Source of the DNA: Giardia intestinalis
Taxonomy: Eukaryota
Assembly: GCA_000002435.2 (NCBI GenBank)
Contig: CM018790.1
Strand: one strand, 5' to 3'
Length of the DNA: 64,000 nucleotides
Both the position numbers and the translations under genes were made by a program. This document shows, one piece after another, positions 59,884-64,000 of this stretch; position 1 is the first letter of the stretch, and every line of letters begins with the position of its first letter. Below the pieces are notes generated by a model that was given only the letters and a program-made list of their open reading frames with translations, was not told where the DNA came from and did no database searches.

Positions 59884-61260
59884 TTGAAGCACCCTACTCC
59901 AAGGGATTTGACTCCGGGCCCAGGAACATACAACGTAAACCAGGGGGACGAAGCAATGCGTAAGGGCCCCAAGAACCTCACTATTGGAGTTAAGCTACCA
60001 GACCATCACATACAGGAGACTCCAGGACCAGGGACCTATGAAACCCAACGGGCTTTTGAGGTAAAGCCAAAGGCACTCTCGTTCTCCGACAGGCATGCAG
60101 ATCCTTATGAGCAAGAACGCCTAATGACGCCGAGTCCGACACGTTACAACCCGTCTTTATCCCTGAAGCAGGTTCAGGATAAGGTTTTGCCATGCACGTT
60201 CAAGTCCAGCGTGACTCCACGAGGCCCATTTGATGATCTGGCCCACACGCCAGGTCCGTCAGCATACTCTGTCAATGACAGCATGACAACACCTCGTGCA
60301 AGCAGGGCTTGTATCGGAAATAAGCAACCGGTTAGCTATGACAATCAGGTCCCTGGCCCTGGTTCATATGATAATGTTATGAAAGAGTACATAGAGATGA
60401 CGACACCATCATCTCCTGCTTTCACTCTGCACGGGAAGCTTGAACACGGCGGACCATTTGACGTTCATGCGGTGAGGGAATATGCCTCCGTAGGCCCAGG
60501 AACATACACACTGGACAAGCTCGTTAGCAACGGCGGACTTATTTTGCCCCACGCTGCCAATCTTTCTGGTAGACATCCCGATCCTCTCGAAAGGGAAAAA
60601 CAGCTTACGCCAGGCCCGGGCTCATATTTCAAGGAAGGCGCTGGCGCACAGACAACTCCGCAATACGATCCGCTGGGGACCAAGGGATGCAAATTTGGAG
60701 TACGGCCTGCAGATCTTACCTTCATCTCATCACAGTCTGGATTAGGAACACATGATAATACTGCCGTGGGTCCAGGGACTTACACACCTAGATCAGTGAC
60801 TCCGCGCACTCCTGGGGGCGTACTGAGCTTCAAGCACGCAAATCCTTTACGAACCCTTGGAGATGGGCCTGGTAAATATGATATTAGCAGCGCAGTTACC
60901 GCAACGCTTCCCTCGTCACCGCAGCCGACTATGCATAACGGTCGGGCCAACGACTTAAACAGCCCATTTACAACCCGCTTTGATTGCAGCTGCCTAGGTG
61001 GGCCTGGTACATATGCTTTGGGGGAGAAGCTTCGAGGTAGTAGGCTTCGGGGTGCGCGCGCACTGATCTCTAGCGACACTTCACGAGGGTCTTCTAGTGG
61101 TAGGGTAGGCCCATCAATTGGGATACGATATACACGGATACGGCAGCAGAATACTCCTGGGCCGGGTGAGTATGACATATCTTCAGCGCCGCGTGGACCC
61201 TCGTTCTCATTTAGATCCCGCACCCCTTTGGCGGTAGGAACAGGTGAGCCTATGAAGTAA
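59884..61260 (+). CDS. STPGR-repeat protein, continuation. Same frame as 58897..59757, no ATG at its 5' end, lies beyond two in-frame stops
   Basis: About 12 more PGPG(T/S)Y units: TPGPGTYNV, TPGPGTYET, VPGPGSYDN, VGPGTYTLD, TPGPGSYFKE, GDGPGKYDIS, TPGPGEYDIS. The 'start' at 59884 is TTG. A repeat unit (GSTPGPGSYDV...FSIG) lies in frame in the 59770-59883 gap. Confidence 0.5.
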   Translation: MKHPTPRDLTPGPGTYNVNQGDEAMRKGPKNLTIGVKLPDHHIQETPGPGTYETQRAFEVKPKALSFSDRHADPYEQERLMTPSPTRYNPSLSLKQVQDKVLPCTFKSSVTPRGPFDDLAHTPGPSAYSVNDSMTTPRASRACIGNKQPVSYDNQVPGPGSYDNVMKEYIEMTTPSSPAFTLHGKLEHGGPFDVHAVREYASVGPGTYTLDKLVSNGGLILPHAANLSGRHPDPLEREKQLTPGPGSYFKEGAGAQTTPQYDPLGTKGCKFGVRPADLTFISSQSGLGTHDNTAVGPGTYTPRSVTPRTPGGVLSFKHANPLRTLGDGPGKYDISSAVTATLPSSPQPTMHNGRANDLNSPFTTRFDCSCLGGPGTYALGEKLRGSRLRGARALISSDTSRGSSSGRVGPSIGIRYTRIRQQNTPGPGEYDISSAPRGPSFSFRSRTPLAVGTGEPMK

Positions 61261-61278
61261 TACTGCTACTCCCTTCTG

Positions 61279-64000
61279 TCAATCCTCTATCTCCATGACC
61301 CCATCATACCACTGCTTCGGTGGAAGGTTCTTGGAGTATGGGTTGCCAAATGCTATTTTCAAACCCTCAAGCTTTATTCTAACAGTCTTACTAATGGCCT
61401 TTCCGACCTGCCCAACCGATTGGTAGACGTCTATAACGTTGCAGAATTCGCTGGAGTAGAATAGCAGACTGTCTGTCAGCTCAATAAAGGCAAGCATTAA
61501 GTCATCGCGCAACGACAGGGTAGAGAGCCACTCAGCCTTCTCCGCAAACCACTTTTGGATGTCTAGTACGATATAGTTAAAAACGTTCTTGAAATACGTG
61601 CCTGCAAGCTGTTCCGACCACCCATATACACGGGCAAGGCTGGTATAGAGCGAAAATGTACTTAGCGCCAGCTTCAACACCTCAGTACGCAGAAGAGCGC
61701 TTCTCTCTGGCCTTTTTATATAATCTTTTCCGACAGCAGGAGCTCCCGCAGCTTGCTCCAAACTGGCCACTTCACTTGTGTAATTTTCAGGGAGGACTCC
61801 GTAGATGTTCCCTCCAACAATTACATAATCCTTGAACACCTTGCAGGTAAATGCCAGGAGATTGCAACCTGCAAACACCTCATTAGTGAGAAGGTGCAAG
61901 TGGTCCTTGAGGGCTAGGCGCTTCTGCTGAATGAAGAAGGCATCGAGGGGCTTTGCAGGGGGGTCCGAGAGGGCCTTGATGTGAGCAGTCACGATGCTGT
62001 CGAGGGTCATGGTTGCATTAACGAGAATGTTAAAGACACGCAAAAAAGCATAAATATCGTCGCCTTCCACCTTGATTTCAAAGGAGTCCGGATTGATGAC
62101 CTTTGGAAAGACCTTCTCCAGCGTATATGTGCACCCGCAGTTAGCAACAAAGATCTGCCACATGCGCTCGTCACTCACTGCATTGCTTATTCCGTCAATT
62201 ATCAGGTCTGTATGTATGTTCCCATGTATATAGGACTGCAGGAAGTACTTTCGAAGTTCTGGATTCAGCGACAGCTTCTTGGTACGGAGGGCATTGACAA
62301 CTATCGTGAGAGCAACCTCGTGATATTGTGAGCTATTAAATAAGCAGAGAAGCATTGACTGGGAGTTGATCAATCGGTGGTAGCTTCCAACAATGGCCTC
62401 CGTAAAGAGAGCAATCTCGTCAGACCTCACCATTTCGCCCATAAATAGGCCAACTTCCTGTATGTCCCTAGTGATCTTTACAAAAATGGGCTCTGGTGCC
62501 GCAGACTGCATCTGGGTGGGGTCTATGATTTTGCCATCTTCCTGAGGTTTGACAGATTCGGAAACCTTGGTGCTAGGGAGCCGCAACATGAAAGACACAG
62601 ATTCCTTGATGTAAGCGTCTATCGTGGTGCATGTGTTGAAGAATCCATATGCTCTTCCACGCTCTAAACTTACAGATAGAATAGTTGCAGCGGCGTGTCG
62701 AATGTATCTGAAGAACTCAATTGCATAGTTAAATAACTGTAAGTTGTCCTTACCGTGCACTTTTGCCAACTCTGTGCTCCCCTCTGGTATCTCATTAAAG
62801 AGAGAAAAGTTATGTGTGTCTTTTAGAAGATTCATAATTGCAAATGTAAGCCCCTTTACCTTACGAGTGGTGTCAGAAATGTAGAATAAGTGATCGCGAA
62901 CGAGGTGATGCGCTGGATGGTTAAGCACGCAAGCGGTGATGCCTAGAAGTAACTTGGACATTTGTATGTATTCGGGGTTAAGCTGAAAGAACGAAGGGCT
63001 TCCCTTCTTGTCAGCAGTTGTGATTTGCTGTTGGAGCATGGCCTGGTCGATTCCCTCTATCCGTATCAGTTTCGTCTCACTCTCTTGTGCTGTGGCTGCA
63101 CCCTGTGCGGCATCAGCACCTTTGGCATCAGAAGACGGTCTCTCCGAGACTTGCTTTTGTGATTGGTGAAGGTTGGTCAGCATAGCTGTTTCATAGAGCT
63201 CTCGGGGCGGTACTGTATTAAAAGCGGTGTTGGCAAGAGCAAACAAGCAAGACTCCAGATTGAGCACCATGCGGCGGCTCAAGTAGAACGGCACGTGAGG
63301 CTTTGTATATGACTGGTAAAACTCATCGAGCACCTGGAGCGAGGGAATAGACTTGAAGCTGTTCCTGATGTTTATGCTATTTCCCTGTAGCATGTTCGCC
63401 TTCAAGACCTGGGCACAGATGTCGAGATAGACGTGAATGGCCCCTGACAGAAGTGTAAACGCGTTTATGTATGCTGCACGGAACAAGATCTCTCTTTTTT
63501 CCTTGGTTCTTATCGTCTTAAGCCGGGTCCTAGAGGCCTCTAAGACAGACTCGAGCTTGCTCTGGGGATAGTCAGTTATGGAAAGAGTAGACATGATATG
63601 GATGTCCAGATTCTTCACCTTTGTGAGCCGCGCTTGTAATTCTCGTATGTTTTGTCCGGGGAGGCGATTAAGGTAGTATTTGTCGATTGCGTTGGAGCGG
63701 TCTCCCTCTGCCTCCATGCCCATGGATATAATAGAGGTGTAGTCGCTCAGCAGCGAAGGTGCATCATTGACTATCCGACTGCAATCTACTATAGTATTTT
63801 GGACAACTCTACGCAAGTCAATCTTAGGTTCAGAAGATGACTCCGTTAATATGCGATAAAAATTGTGATTGGTTGCAGTGGACGGGTTCTTGAGTACATT
63901 AAACGTATTGAAATCGAAAAAGAATAGCAGAGCTAAGGCTAGGCATAGATACGGCTTCAAAATAGTTGCCTCAGAGTTAATGTAGAAGAACAGGAACGTC
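61279..64000 (-). CDS. Hypothetical protein, 5'-partial (continues past the window end)
   Basis: The ORF-track start at 63960 is TTG. The minus-strand frame stays open through 64000 with no stop, so the gene begins beyond the window. No domain recognised. Confidence 0.5.
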   Translation of the reverse strand, partial: TFLFFYINSEATILKPYLCLALALLFFFDFNTFNVLKNPSTATNHNFYRILTESSSEPKIDLRRVVQNTIVDCSRIVNDAPSLLSDYTSIISMGMEAEGDRSNAIDKYYLNRLPGQNIRELQARLTKVKNLDIHIMSTLSITDYPQSKLESVLEASRTRLKTIRTKEKREILFRAAYINAFTLLSGAIHVYLDICAQVLKANMLQGNSINIRNSFKSIPSLQVLDEFYQSYTKPHVPFYLSRRMVLNLESCLFALANTAFNTVPPRELYETAMLTNLHQSQKQVSERPSSDAKGADAAQGAATAQESETKLIRIEGIDQAMLQQQITTADKKGSPSFFQLNPEYIQMSKLLLGITACVLNHPAHHLVRDHLFYISDTTRKVKGLTFAIMNLLKDTHNFSLFNEIPEGSTELAKVHGKDNLQLFNYAIEFFRYIRHAAATILSVSLERGRAYGFFNTCTTIDAYIKESVSFMLRLPSTKVSESVKPQEDGKIIDPTQMQSAAPEPIFVKITRDIQEVGLFMGEMVRSDEIALFTEAIVGSYHRLINSQSMLLCLFNSSQYHEVALTIVVNALRTKKLSLNPELRKYFLQSYIHGNIHTDLIIDGISNAVSDERMWQIFVANCGCTYTLEKVFPKVINPDSFEIKVEGDDIYAFLRVFNILVNATMTLDSIVTAHIKALSDPPAKPLDAFFIQQKRLALKDHLHLLTNEVFAGCNLLAFTCKVFKDYVIVGGNIYGVLPENYTSEVASLEQAAGAPAVGKDYIKRPERSALLRTEVLKLALSTFSLYTSLARVYGWSEQLAGTYFKNVFNYIVLDIQKWFAEKAEWLSTLSLRDDLMLAFIELTDSLLFYSSEFCNVIDVYQSVGQVGKAISKTVRIKLEGLKIAFGNPYSKNLPPKQWYDGVMEIED

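Noticed and set aside
1-64000. CRISPR arrays, rRNA genes, prokaryotic operon structure
   Set aside because: None seen. Long ORFs on both strands with eukaryotic protein families (IFT54, AP-mu, HECT, NEK-ankyrin, VSP) make this a protist nuclear segment. The only high-copy periodic structure is the intragenic VSP repeat, which is coding rather than a spacer-repeat array.

Overview
The window reads as a gene-dense, intron-poor eukaryotic chromosome segment of about 50% GC. It is almost certainly Giardia intestinalis (lamblia). One gene encodes a cysteine-rich surface protein ending in the diagnostic ...CRGKA tail of a variant-specific surface protein (VSP). Its stop codon is followed by the VSP extended poly(A) motif ACTTAGGTAGTAAAC. 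Other Giardia hallmarks are an EGF-like high-cysteine membrane protein, NEK-like (pseudo)kinases fused to ankyrin repeats, and very short, A-rich intergenic spacers. About 30 long ORFs tile both strands. The products I could recognise are: a DEAH-box RNA helicase (5' end runs off the window), a HECT E3 ubiquitin ligase, a membrane-anchored dynamin-superfamily GTPase, the VSP with 15.5 perfect 114-bp tandem repeats, an adaptor-complex mu subunit, a DPY-30-motif protein, RNase H1 with a hybrid-binding domain, a PCI-domain protein, IFT54/TRAF3IP1, cytochrome b5, a DJ-1/PfpI protein, and a sperm-tail PG-rich-repeat (STPGR, ODF3/SHIPPO-like) protein. The remaining large ORFs are hypothetical or coiled-coil proteins. 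The most unusual structure is a ~1.65-kb inverted-repeat pair (10372-12003 and 18108-19766, with ~75% GC outer ends) bracketing a 6.1-kb cassette that holds the VSP gene and a multiply frameshifted NEK kinase-coiled-coil-ankyrin pseudogene. The supplied ORF track uses GTG and TTG as starts. I re-derived several start coordinates on that basis, and two terminal genes continue past the window edges. No CRISPR, rRNA or convincing tRNA genes were found.
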